Shown here: in pieces, positions 49,500 through 61,140 of the stretch
Layout of the letters: each line of letters opens with the position of its first letter
Numbering within the stretch: the stretch's first letter is position 1
From: Mustelus asterias
Taxonomy: Eukaryota
Direction: 5' to 3'
Length of the DNA: 64,000 bases
Assembly (NCBI RefSeq): GCF_964213995.1
Contig: NW_027590117.1
Coordinates: 4,030,001 to 4,094,000, forward strand
Position numbers and translations under genes: made by a program
The notes under the pieces: generated by a model
The model's database searches: none
The model's input: the letters and a program-made list of their open reading frames with translations, nothing else
Told to the model about the DNA's origin: nothing

Positions 49500-51300
49500 T
49501 GTAGATGTGCTTGAAACAGTTCAGAGAAGGTTTACGGGATTAATACCAGGAAGGAGCGGGTTGTCTCATGAGGACATGTTGGAGGGGATAAATTTGCAAG
49601 CGAGGTTAGAAGAGTAAGTGTCGACTTGATTGAAACTTTACAGATCTGAGTGGTCTTGACAGGATGGATATGAAGAGCATATTTCCTCTTGTGGGAGAAT
49701 CTAGAATGAGGGGTCACTGTTTAAAAATAAAGGGTCATTCATTTGAGGCACAGATGAGGCGAGATTATTTTCTCTCAGAGGGTTGTGTGTCGATGGAACT
49801 CCCTCAAAAGGCAAAGCAAGCAAAATCTTTCAATATTTTGATTGCAGAGGTGGATAGAAAATCATAGAATACCTACAGTGTCGACGAAGGCCATTTGGCC
49901 CCTCGGGTTAGCACTGATTTTCCAACAGAGCATCTTTCTGAGGCTCACTCCTTGCTGCATCCCTGTAACCCCATGCATTTACCCTGCTAATCCCCCTAAC
50001 CTACACATCTTGGGACACAAAGAAGCAAGTTAGCATGGTCAATCCACCTAACCTGCACATCTTTGGAATGTGTGAGGAAACTGGAGCGTAGAAACATAGA
50101 AATCAGAAGCAGGAGTCGGCCATTCAGCCCATCGAGCTTGCTCCACAATTCATTCTGATCATTGAATTCAATATCCTGATCCCCACTCTCCCCCCCATAT
50201 CCCTTGATCCCTTTGAACCCAAGAGCTATATCTAATTTCTTCTTGAAACCAGATAACGTTTTGGCCTCAACTACATTCTGTGGTCATGAATTCCGCACAT
50301 TCACCACCCTCTGGGTGAGGAAATTTCTCCTCACCCAAGTTCCAAAAGCTTTACCCCTTATCCTCAACCAAGACCCCTAGTTCTGGACTCCCCCACCATT
50401 TGGAATATTCTTTCCAGCCAACTTAGTCTCTCTGAATCCTAAGTGATTTAGTCTCCGATCATATGACACATCTGCCAGCCCAGGAATCAGCCAAGTAAAC
50501 CTCCATTGTACTCTCTCTATAGCAAGGACATCCTTCCTCAGATAAGGACACCAAAAGTGCACACAATACTCCAGGTGTGGCCTCACCAACGCCCTACACA
50601 ATTGCAGCAAAACATCCCTATCTCTGTACTCAAATCCTCTCGCTATTAAGGCCAACATACCATTTGCCTTCTTTACTGCCTGCTGTACCTGCGCTCTTAC
50701 TTTCAGCAACTGATGCATGAGGACTCCAAGATCTCATTGAATATCCACCTCTCTAAATTTACAACCATTCATGTAATAATCTTTTTTCCTATTCCTTCTA
50801 CCAAAGTGGATAACCTCACATTTATCCACATTATAGTGCATCTGACATGCGATGTCCATGCACTCAGCTTGTCCAAATTACGCTGAAGTAACTCTGCATC
50901 CTCCTCACAGCTTACCCTCCCACCCAACTTCGTATCATCTGCAAATTTGGAGATAATACATTTAGTTCCCTCTTCTAAATCATTAATATATAATGTGAAC
51001 AGTTGGGGTCCTGGCACTGATCCCTGCAGAACTGCACTAGTCACTGACTGCCACTCAGAAAAAGCACCCAGAGGAACAAATGTTGACACAGGGAGAATGT
51101 GCAAATTCCAGACAGTCACCCAAGGTTGGAATTGAACCCGGCTCCCTGGTGCTATGAGGAAGCAAGGAGGTGAAAGATTATCGGGGATAGGTAAGGATGT
51201 GGGTTTGAAGTTACAATCAGACCAGTCATGATCATATTGAATGGTGGAGCAGGCTCAAGGGGCCAAGTGGCCTACACCTGCTCCTAATTCATACATTCAT
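49500..51300. mobile_element. Nested CR1 3' fragments (both strands) and HE1-like SINE pieces
   Basis: QGSVPGP, FADD, RPHLEYC on -; SRMRGH on +; SINE segments at ~49860-50090 and ~51060-51165. Confidence 0.65.
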
Positions 51301-52269
51301 CTGTCTGGGAATTTTTGAAATATGTTCAAGAGAATTTCTTGGATCAGAGTATTCTCAAGAAACTATGAACAAAGCATTGCTGGATCTGGTGCTGGGGTGG
51401 GCCAAGGTTGGCCACATGAATCAAGTGTCTGTGTTTTTATCCAGTGATCATTGGATCACAAGCTTGACATTAGCAAGGAACAATCTAAAGTAAACATTCT
51501 AAATTGGAAGAGGACTAACTTCAATGCTTCTTAGTCTGCTCCTTCTGCAGTATTATCCATCACTCTCCCTCCTTTCTGCCCTTATTCCTTTCTGCTACTT
51601 CTATGTGCTGGTGTCGAACCCGCTGCCAATTTAGTTGAAACCCTCACCAACCAGACGACTGAACCATAAACCAACAACAATGTTGTGCTTGGGGCCTGTG
51701 CTTGCAGAGCACAATGGATCAGAACTCCAGCAAGTGAACCTCTTGGCCATCTCTGCTGGGTGTGTGAGTGACACTTACTGTGTGTGAGGAGCTGGCTGTA
51801 ATTCACCTTGTGTGAAAGAATCGCTCCATTTATTCTGCTGGTTTCAACTCTTTGCCTGTCAGAAGGAAAAATGTTGATTAAATTTAAGAGGATAGGTAGA
51901 AAATACACTATACATTGAATATTTTATCAATTGCTTATCAAGCGCAAAGGAAGAACAGTCAAACAGAGTCAGTGTGTGATTCCACTGCCGTCCTGCAACA
52001 CATGCACTGAAATACAGGTACAGAGACTGACAGATACAGAATAAAATGAACACACTGATATTGTGGATGAGAGCGATACAAACAAAAATAAAACTAATAC
52101 CACCAAGAAGAGAATTATTACTACATGCAGTCACATGCACCACCTTTGGACAGACACACAATGAGACCCAGATACAGAATGAATCATAAACTCAGATATG
52201 TTCTCATCCATTCACAGATACAAATCCCACACTCACATGCTCTATCAGTGAGTAAATCCCACACTAAGC

Positions 52270-53500
52270 TTTAAAGTTCTTTGAGGAGGCAAAAGGAAGT
52301 TCGATAAAGGAGAACCAGTGGACGTGATTTATTTAGATTTCCAGAAGGCCTTCTGACACGGTGCGGAGTCGGAGACTGTTAAATAAGTTAAGAGCCCATG
52401 ATGTTAAGGGTAAGATCCAGGCATGGATAGAGGATTGGCTGACTGGCAGAAGGTGGGGATAAAGAGGTCTTTTTCAGGATGGCAGCCGATGTTGAGTGGT
52501 GTGCCTCAGGGATCAGTGCTGGGACCACAACTTTTCACCATATACATTAACAATTTGGAAGCAGGAAGTGAAAGCTCTGTTGCTAAGTTTGCAGATGATA
52601 CAAAGACATGGAGAGGGACAGGTAGTACTGAGGAAGCAGGGAGGCTGCAGAAGGACTTGGACAGGCTAGGAGAGTTGGCAAAGAAGTGGCAGATGGAATA
52701 CAATGTGGAAAAGTGTGAGGTTATGCACTTTGGAGGGAGGAATGGAGGCATAGACTATTTTCTAAATGGGGAAATGCTGAGGAAATCAGAAGCGCAAAGG
52801 GACTTGGGAGTCATTGTTCAAGATTCTCTTAAGGTTAACCGGCAGGGTCAGTTGGCAGTTCGGAAGGCAAATGCAATGTTAGCATTCATGTCGAGAGGGA
52901 TACAATATAAGAGCAGTGATGTACTTCTGAGGCTGTACAAGGCTCCAGTCACACCCCATTTGCAGTATTGTGAGCAGCTTTGGGCCCCGTATCTAAGGAA
53001 GGATGTGCTGGCCTTGGAAAGGGCCCAGAGGAGGTTCACAAGAATGATCTCTGGAATGAAAAGCTTGTCATATGAGAAACGGTTGAGGACTCTGAGTCTG
53101 TACTCATTGGAGTTCACAAGGATGAGGGGGGACCTTGTTGAAACTTATAGGATACTGTGAGGCCTGGATAGAGTGGACATGGAGAGTTTGTTTCCAAAAT
53201 CAGGAAAAACTAGAACCAGAGGGCACAATCTCAGGCTAAAGGGACGATCCTTTAAAACAGAGATGTGGAGTAATTTGTTCAGCCAGGGACTGGTGAATCT
53301 GTGGAACTCTTTGTTGCAGAAGGCTGTGGAGGCCAAGTCATTGAGTGTTTTTTAAGACAGAGATAGGTAGACTTGATTAATAAGGGGACCAGGGATTATG
53401 GGGAAAAGGCAGAATGAGGAAGAGAAAAATATCAGTCATGATTGGCGGATAAGACTCGATGGGCCGAGTGGCCTAATTCTGCTCCGATAACTTATGGTCT
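52270..53500 (+). mobile_element. CR1 RT 3' half inserted in the 36-bp satellite
   Basis: [28 protein letters not shown]; satellite-type units on both sides. Confidence 0.85.
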
Positions 53501-53502
53501 CA

Positions 53503-54060
53503 CACACTATCAGAGTGAGTAAATCCCGCAATCACACACTGTATCAGAGAGTGAGTAAATCCCACACTCTCACACTGTATCAGAGAGTGAGTAAATCCCA
53601 CACTCTCACACTGTATCAGAGAGTGAGTAAATCCCACACTCTCACACTGTATCAGAGAGTGAGTAAATCCCACACTCTCACACTGTATCAGAGAGTGAGT
53701 AAATCCCACACTCTCACACTGTATCAGAGAGTGAGTAAATCCCACACTCTCACACTGTATCAGAGAGTGAGTAAATCCCACACTCTCACACTGTATCAGA
53801 GAGTGAGTAAATCCCACACTCTCACACTGTATTAGAGTGAGTAAATCCCCCACACACACACTGTATCAGAGAGTGAGTAAATCCCGCACTCACACACGGT
53901 ATCAGAGAGTGAGTAAATCCCACACTGTATCAGAGAGTGAGTAAATCCCACACGGTATCAGAGAGTGAGTAAATCCCACACTCTCACACTGTATCAGAGA
54001 GTGAGTAAATCCCACACTCTCGCACTGTGTCAGAGAGTAAGTAAATCCCACACTCACGCA
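53503..54060. repeat. 36-bp minisatellite
   Basis: gtatcagagagtgagtaaatcccacactctcacact, near-perfect central copies. Confidence 0.95.
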
Positions 54061-54246
54061 CATTACCAGAGATTCACAGTTCCTGAAGGAATCCCACACT
54101 CCCGCACAGTTCTTCTGTGGAGAAGGGTCCCTCACACCGACAGCCAGGCGACATTTCCCGTTGGATCTTTTTTTTTAAGTGTTTAAATCACCATCTTTAA
54201 TTTACTTAGGACAAAACAGCTTTAACTATACCCTCCATGTTCAGTG

Positions 54247-54555
54247 TCAATTTGCTGATTCAGTGACTTTATTTGGTCTGCGCCCTTGAAACAATTTTCT
54301 GTTTCTCTGAACTTGAAGCTTTGCCCCTTCAAGGAGGCGTGGTTCCTTCTGCAGTGCATTCTGAAGCCCTTCTTCTGTATTGAAGCCAACCCAACAGAAT
54401 CCTCTACGAAATCCAGTCTCTTTTTCGAATGGAAGAAGACATTTCTTTACTAATCCAAACTGTCCAAAATATTCTTTGATTTCTTTGCCGGCCAGGGTCC
54501 AGGGCACCCGCGACACGAAGATCTCGAAGCTCTTTCTGGAAGGAGCCGCCGCCAT
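54247..54555 (-). CDS. SLIRP: Processed (intronless) retrocopy of SLIRP, mitochondrial RRM protein; ORF intact (102 aa)
   Basis: FVSRVPWT..KEYFGQFG.V.KC.LPF.KETGF.RG..WV.F..EEGLQNALQ matches the SLIRP RRM; ATTAAA, A9 tail and 15-bp TSD. Confidence 0.85.
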   Translation of the reverse strand: MAAAPSRKSFEIFVSRVPWTLAGKEIKEYFGQFGLVKKCLLPFEKETGFRRGFCWVGFNTEEGLQNALQKEPRLLEGAKLQVQRNRKLFQGRRPNKVTESAN

Positions 54556-54808
54556 CTTGTAATGGCCGCCGGTCCCGGTGGATCTTTACACACTGACAAA
54601 CTGGCGCTGGAGATTCTTTGTAAAATGTATTTCCTGATTGTGGTAAGGGGGCTTGTGATTGGCGGAAACTTCTCAATCTGATTGGTCTGTTTTCATATCC
54701 ACTCAAATGAACCCCTGATAAGTGACTGTAATAACTTTCAAAATGTCGAATCACAATCATTGCTTTCCCAATTCCTCATTAGCATAGTTCTGTGGGACTG
54801 TCTATTTA

Positions 54809-54954
54809 CGGTAAGAAGTTTAATAACACCAGGTTAAAGTCCAACAGGTTTATTTGGTAGCAAAAGCCACACAAGCTTTCGAAGCTCTAAGCCCCTTCTT
54901 CAGGTGAGTGGGAATTCTGTTCACAAACAGAGTTTAGAAAGACAAAACAAAGTT
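54809..54954 (-). mobile_element. Penelope pLTR fragment with hammerhead, inserted at the H2B TATA box
   Basis: Reverse complement cacCTGAAGAaggggcttagagcttcGAAAgcttgtg; tattta on both sides (54803-54808, 54955-54960). Confidence 0.8.
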
Positions 54955-55006
54955 TATTTAATCAGCGCTCGGAAGGGGTTTGCTTTATTTCTGTGTGAAA
55001 TTGAAC

Positions 55007-55393
55007 ATGGCTGATGAGAAGAAACCAACATCGAAACCAGCTGCCAAGAAGGGGGCGAAGAAAGTGATTAAGAAACCGGGAGCAAAGGGCGGCAAGAAGC
55101 GGCGAAAGTCGAGGAAGGAGAGTTACTCCATCTACATCTACAAAGTGATGAAGCAGGTTCACCCCGACACCGGCATCTCTTCCAAGGCCATGAGCATCAT
55201 GAACTCGTTCGTGAACGATATTTTCGAGCGCATCGCGGGTGAGGCTTCCCGCCTGGCCCATTACAACAAGCGCAGCACCATCAGCTCCCGGGAGATCCAG
55301 ACCGCCGTGCGCCTGCTGCTGCCCGGGGAACTGGCCAAGCACGCCGTGTCGGAAGGTACAAAGGCGGTGACCAAGTACACCAGCTCCAAGTAA
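55007..55393 (+). CDS. H2B: Histone H2B, copy 2 (128 aa)
   Basis: [22 protein letters not shown]. Confidence 0.98.
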   Translation: MADEKKPTSKPAAKKGAKKVIKKPGAKGGKKRRKSRKESYSIYIYKVMKQVHPDTGISSKAMSIMNSFVNDIFERIAGEASRLAHYNKRSTISSREIQTAVRLLLPGELAKHAVSEGTKAVTKYTSSK

Positions 55394-55429
55394 AACTCCC
55401 CATGGACTGAAAAACACTCCAAACACAAC

Positions 55430-55470
55430 GGCTCTTTTAAGAGCCACCCACAATCTCTGTGAAAAAGCTG
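55430..55470 (+). terminator. Histone stem-loop plus HDE (H2B copy 2)
   Basis: GGCTCTTTTAAGAGCC at 55430-55445, then gaaaaagctg. Confidence 0.95.
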
Positions 55471-55839
55471 CGCCATCTTTTCCCTTATTGAGTGAATGAG
55501 AAATGTCTTTCTGGAGGACAGAGATTTGTCCCGGTGCAGAATGCTGTGAATGGGACTTCATACCCACCCCTCACACACACTTTCACATTGAAGGGACAAT
55601 CAAACTGAACTGAGAGCGTATTTTAAATCCCAGTCTGGGGATTGTCACGGACAATGGGGAGAAAGAATATCAGGAGGTAATTATTTAAATTTATTTATAA
55701 CTATATTCAGAGTTTCACGACCCTGAATTAATTTTTTTTTCTCGGTTGATCTGGGAGCAGCTCCCGCAACAGAGTAAAGGCGGGAATGAAGAGGTTATTC
55801 TCGGGCTGATCTGTTTATTCCGCAGCTTTCCCAGAGGAC

Positions 55840-57215
55840 GGAATCAGCCAGATCTGTGCACACACAGGACCTGAGTACATTGCAGCGCTTTAAGATCTGC
55901 CTCCCCCCCCGGCCTCCCTATTCTCCGGACACAAAGCTGCCTGTTCCACCGGCGGGATCGGGCCGGGAATTCTCTCCGCACTTCCCATTGTAACATTCCC
56001 GGCCGCTTTCAGGGGAGAGGATCAGAAATCAGCCGTTTCCCTCTGTCCCTGTGAAGCCTGTGTGAAGGGGTTGGTTGGTAATCTCTTCGTTTCTGCTTTT
56101 CCACTGAGCTGAGATTTGCTCCGTTTTAAATTGCTGAACGGGGTCTGATTACCGCGGGTTATAGATAAGAGATTGAGAAATTCAAACTGTTCCTAAAATA
56201 GCGCCAGGATTCTGTGAGGGAAAATACAATAAACAGATTATAAAGTGTGAGATTGAAATAGTTTCCTGAACATTCAGGCGTTCCGTTATTTTGTATTTTT
56301 CCTGCACTGAAATTGGCGGGTTTTTCCAGTTTGAAAATGTGAACCAATCAAAACCTCCCATTTCTTCTCCCTGGCTCTCCCATTGGTTAAGAATGTGATT
56401 GAAATGTGAGTGACCAATCAGAGCTGGAGTCTGGCTGCAGCCTCGCAAACCGCTCACAATGATTATTAATAGAGATTAAACTGACGGAGTCTGGATTTGA
56501 GATATTAAATGTACTTTGTTTCCACAGATAAATATTTGACAGATCCAAAACAAACGTGATATTTCCTCCACACAAGTTACAGGGGAAATTGTCGCCAACT
56601 CCTTCTCACACACAGTCCGTACATTGTCACTGACAGCTCAGAGACAATGATCAATTCCACAGACCCAAACAGCAGGAGAGACAGATGATGTGCCTATTTG
56701 ACAGCTCGTTCTCGTACCAGAATGGTCGAGTGGTTAAGGCTTAAGATCCAATGGCCATATGTCTGCGTGGGTTCGAACCCCACTCCTGGTAAATGAATTT
56801 TTAACACTACAGTCTGCACCCTCTCCTTTCCTTCTCCCCTCTACTCTATGAACGGTATGATTCGTCCGTTTTACGCAAGAAGCAATACCTTTCACTGTAT
56901 ACCAATACATCAAAACAAACTCAGTGCCATTGATAGGGGGATCCATAAATCCCAGTCCAAATTCTCACCTAATATTGGATCATCACTGTGTCAATCCCAC
57001 AATAGAGCAGCCACAGCTCCAAATTCAATATCTGATCAAACTGACAAATGGTTTTCGGTTAAAAGTTACACAATGCACCTTAATAATGTGCACTGAGATT
57101 CGAGTTAAATACCACCCACATCAGGGGTTTAAAAGTGGCCCATAGTTTGTATCCTCACAAATACATTCGATACAAAGCCTCATCTCAAATACATTCTCAG
57201 ATTGAGATATTCTGA
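55840..57215. repeat. Inverted paralog of ~37460-40165
   Basis: 55855-56640 closely matches the reverse complement of ~39355-40145; tRNA-Leu and downstream flank also shared. Confidence 0.85.
56716..56791 (+). pseudogene. tRNA-Leu(TAA) pseudogene with 7-nt deletion in the anticodon stem
   Basis: accagaatggtcgagtggttaaggc^ttaagatccaatgg..ggttcgaaccccactcctggta followed by a T5 terminator. Confidence 0.85.
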
Positions 57216-58579
57216 GGGCTCGTATAACCTGAGATGCAAATTCAGATTTCAGTTGAAAATTCACCCAGATTATGAAACTTAAAGTTACAATATCAATTTG
57301 ATTACTTTGAATTGAACTATAGCTTATTAACTAATCCTAACTCCCCACTCACACTGAGCAAGATGGACGATACTACATGAATTCCAGACTGAGTTTCCTT
57401 TTACATTCATGTCAAAATTCTTACTCAGAATCAGACTGAGTGTCACAGATCAAATCAATGTGAACAACCTGAGTGAAGCTTGCATAGCAATCCCGTATCA
57501 GATTGAAGGATACACTATCTTTCACAATTGTGTTCAGAGTGACACAGATTTAATGTTGGGCCGAAATTCACACACATTGTTTGCTTCAAACCTACCACAC
57601 CAGTGGCCTGTTGCTTTGCTGGAAATTTATATAGAATGAATCCAAACTTATAAATAGATTGAAGATTACATGATGAATCCCATGCTCACACTGAGTCATA
57701 GAGTCTGACAGACACACGATAATTCTCAAACATGTGCTCAGTGTTAGATGAATGAATCTCATGCTGCACATGCAGCACCAGAGACTGAAAGTTACATCTG
57801 ATTATCACACTTACATAGCAGTATCCCAGACACTTGAGTACCAGTGACAGATTCAGAATGATCCCACACTCACACACATTATGACAGTCTGACCAATACA
57901 CATGATTTGCACCCTTTAGAAACAGCAGCAGATATACTCAGATGCTGAATGAACCCCACTGTATGGTACCAGAAACAGAAACATAAATCCTACCCTAATA
58001 TTCCATCTTTGTGACAGATCAGAATGCCTGCCAAACTCATACAATTTCAGAGAATACTGAATACTGCACTCGTGCGGTACCAGAAAGATTCCTATTCAGA
58101 ATTGTGTTTAAATTCATATACAATAGCACTGACTGATAGTCACACACACAAACACACACACACTAACTGAAATGGAGTCTTTAAGCCAAAGGTAGATAGA
58201 TTGTTGATAAACAAAGACTAAAAGGTATTAAGTTTAGACAGGAGTGTGGAGTCGATGTTCAAATCAGATCAGCCATGATGTAATAGAATGGAGGAGCAGA
58301 CTCGAGTGTTCTATTCCTGCTCAGAATTTGAATGTTCACGCATGCTATTCTTAAGAGATTCAGAATGAGTCCCAAATTCACGTGCAATATCAGAAAGTAA
58401 CTGATGGACAAAATCCCTTGCTCAACTACTGTTCCAAACACAGGCTCAAACAATGATGCAACATACATCCTGCAGCAGAAAATGCAAGATACATATGACA
58501 TATGGTACAGATATATTGCACCAGAGAATGAGAGATACAGAATGAATCCAGCCACAATGAAGGAACAGCAATATATTTC

Positions 58580-59480
58580 CAAGTGAGAATGGTAAGTGAC
58601 TTGGAGGGTAAGGTCCATTTAATGGTGTTTCCATGAGTCAACTGTTCTTGTCCTTCTCGAGACGGTAGTGCTCTTTGGTTTGAAAGATGCGACTGACGGA
58701 ACATTTGTGAGTTCCAGTAGCTCATCTTGGAGGTAGTAAGTACTGCTGCCACTGTGTGTCAGTGGTCAAGGGCATGTGTGTTTACAGATGGGATGTCAAT
58801 CATGAGGGATGCTTTGTCCGGGATGGTGTCAAACCTCTTGAGTGTTGCTGGTGCTGCATTAACCCAGGCAAGTGGAGATTAATCCATCATACTCCTGATT
58901 TGTGCCTGGTAGATGGTGAATAGTGTTTGGCAGTTAGGATCTTTGTTACTCACCATGGGATTTTGTGTCTCTGACCTGCCTTGTAGCCCTTGTATTACAT
59001 CGCTAGTCCAATTGAAGGTAATCACAAAGATATTGATATAATTTCATTTAATGTCAAGGGACAATGGTTAGATTCTCTCTTGCTGGAAATGGTCTTGGTC
59101 TGGTACATGTGTGGTGTGATTGTTATTTGCCACTTCTCAGCCCAAGCTTGGATACTGTCCAGTTCTTGCTGCATTTGCGAGTGGGCTGCTTCGGTAACTG
59201 AAGAGTCCTGAATGGTGCTAAACATTGCACAGTCATCAGCGAGCATCTCCAGTTCTGACCTTATGGTGGAAGGGTCTGGGACAGTAACTTGACAAACTCG
59301 GGAAATGATCTCCTGAGGATGAAATGACTGACCACCACAACCATCTTACTTTATGCTGGATAAAGTTCCAACCAGTGGAGAGGTTTCCATGATTCCCATC
59401 GACTTTGCTTTTGCTGAGGATCCTTGATGCTGAACTCGGTCAAATCCTGTTTTGATGTCGAGGGCAGTCACTCTCATCTC
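58580..59480 (-). mobile_element. CR1/L2-group LINE RT and 3' end, decayed
   Basis: LADDCAMFSTI..MQQELDSIQAWAEKWQI. Confidence 0.6.
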
Positions 59481-60577
59481 ATCTCAGAGGATCATTAGTC
59501 AGTGGAATTCCCTTCCCCAGACAACAGTTGAGGCTGGATCATTGAATATGTTCTAGGCTGAATTAGACAGATTATACAAGGGAGTGAATGGTTGCTGCAA
59601 AAGTTCAAAAAGTCGATTTGCAGCCACAATGATTTCCTTGGTCCATTCATAGGATGTGTGCATCACTGGCCAGCATTTATTACCCATCCACGGATCGAGT
59701 CAACCACATTGCTGTCGCTCTGAAGTCACATGGAGGCCACACAAGATAATTTCATCAGATTTCCTGCGCTAAAGCACATTAGTGAACCAGATGGATTTTT
59801 CCAACAATGGTTCCATCGCCATCACTAGATTCTTATTTTCAAATTACTTTTTATTGACATCAAATTCGACCATCTGCTGTGGAGGGTTTCGAACCTGGGT
59901 GCCCAGAACATTAGCTGAGTTTCCAGATTAATAGTCTAGCGATGATACCTCGAGACCATCGCCTCCCCTTCTTGAATGATGGTGCAGGACTGAGGGGCTG
60001 AATGGCCTGACTCCTGTCCATATTTCTAATATGATAGTAACCGTCATAATTGATTCCATTTTATTTTGATTTTTGGTTTTCATCTTTATTTTCTCTTGAT
60101 TTTGCTTTCAGCTGGCAGCTGTTCATCATTCTTCCATTCACACCTCCTTCAGACACATCTCTGTTTGCTGTTACTTGTTCCTTTCCCACTCCCTTTAGCC
60201 TTGCAGCACCAATTATTTTATTACTTAATCACTCCTGCCCTCCACCTTGCTTTGGAAAGCACAAGACAAAAGGTTCCACTAATTTCAGTAATGAGGCGGG
60301 AGCAGGATAAATTAATAATCTGACAGTAAATAAACATCAAACACTGAGTGACCGCAATATGTTAGAGGCAGACATTCAGTGCGTGGAGAAAGGACACACG
60401 CAGGTCACAGTTTTGACCTTAAGTAAGGCCGAGAAGGGTGAAATGTGTTGTAAACTGTACATGTTAAAATCCGTCCAGCTGTGAAGAGGCGAATCAAGGG
60501 AACAATCAGAGAGACTGAAAAAAGTATTTCATACAATGTGTATCTAATGAAAGCCTGAAGAAAGGAAACTTCACGTT

Positions 60578-61140
60578 CTCTCTGCTTTGGAACTGTGCTC
60601 TCTGCTGTGGAACTGTCTTCTCTGCTGTGGAACTGTGCTCTCTGCTGTGGAACTGTGCTCTCCGCTGTGGAACTGTGCTCTCCGCTGTGGAACTGTGCTC
60701 TCCGCTGTGGAACTGTGATCTCTGCTGTGGAACTGTGATCTGTGCTATGGAACTGTGCTCTCTGCTGTGGAACTGTGCTCTCTGCTGTGGAACTGTGCTC
60801 TCTGCTGTGGAACTGTGCCCTCTACTGTGGAACTGTGATTCCTGCTGTGGAACTGTGCTCTCTGCTGTGGAACTGTGCTCTCTGCTGTGGAACTGTGCTC
60901 TCTGCTGTGGAACTGTGCTCTCTGCTGTGGAACTGTGATATCTGCTGTGGAACTGTGATCCCTGCTGTGGAACTGTGATCCTTGCTGTGGAACTGTGCTG
61001 TCTGCTGTGGAACTGTGATCTCCGCTGTGAAACTCATTTCCCTGTTGTGGAAAAGTACTCTCTGCTGTGGAACTGTGCTCTCTGCTGTCAAACTGTGATC
61101 TCTGCTGTGGAACTGTGCTCTCTGCTGTGAAACTGTGCTC
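60578..61140. repeat. 20-bp minisatellite
   Basis: ctctgctgtggaactgtgct, about 28 copies. Confidence 0.95.

Noticed and set aside
53494-53859. Repeat-protein ORFs (YQRVSKSHTLTL)n and antisense
   Set aside because: Artefact of a 36-bp stop-free tandem repeat
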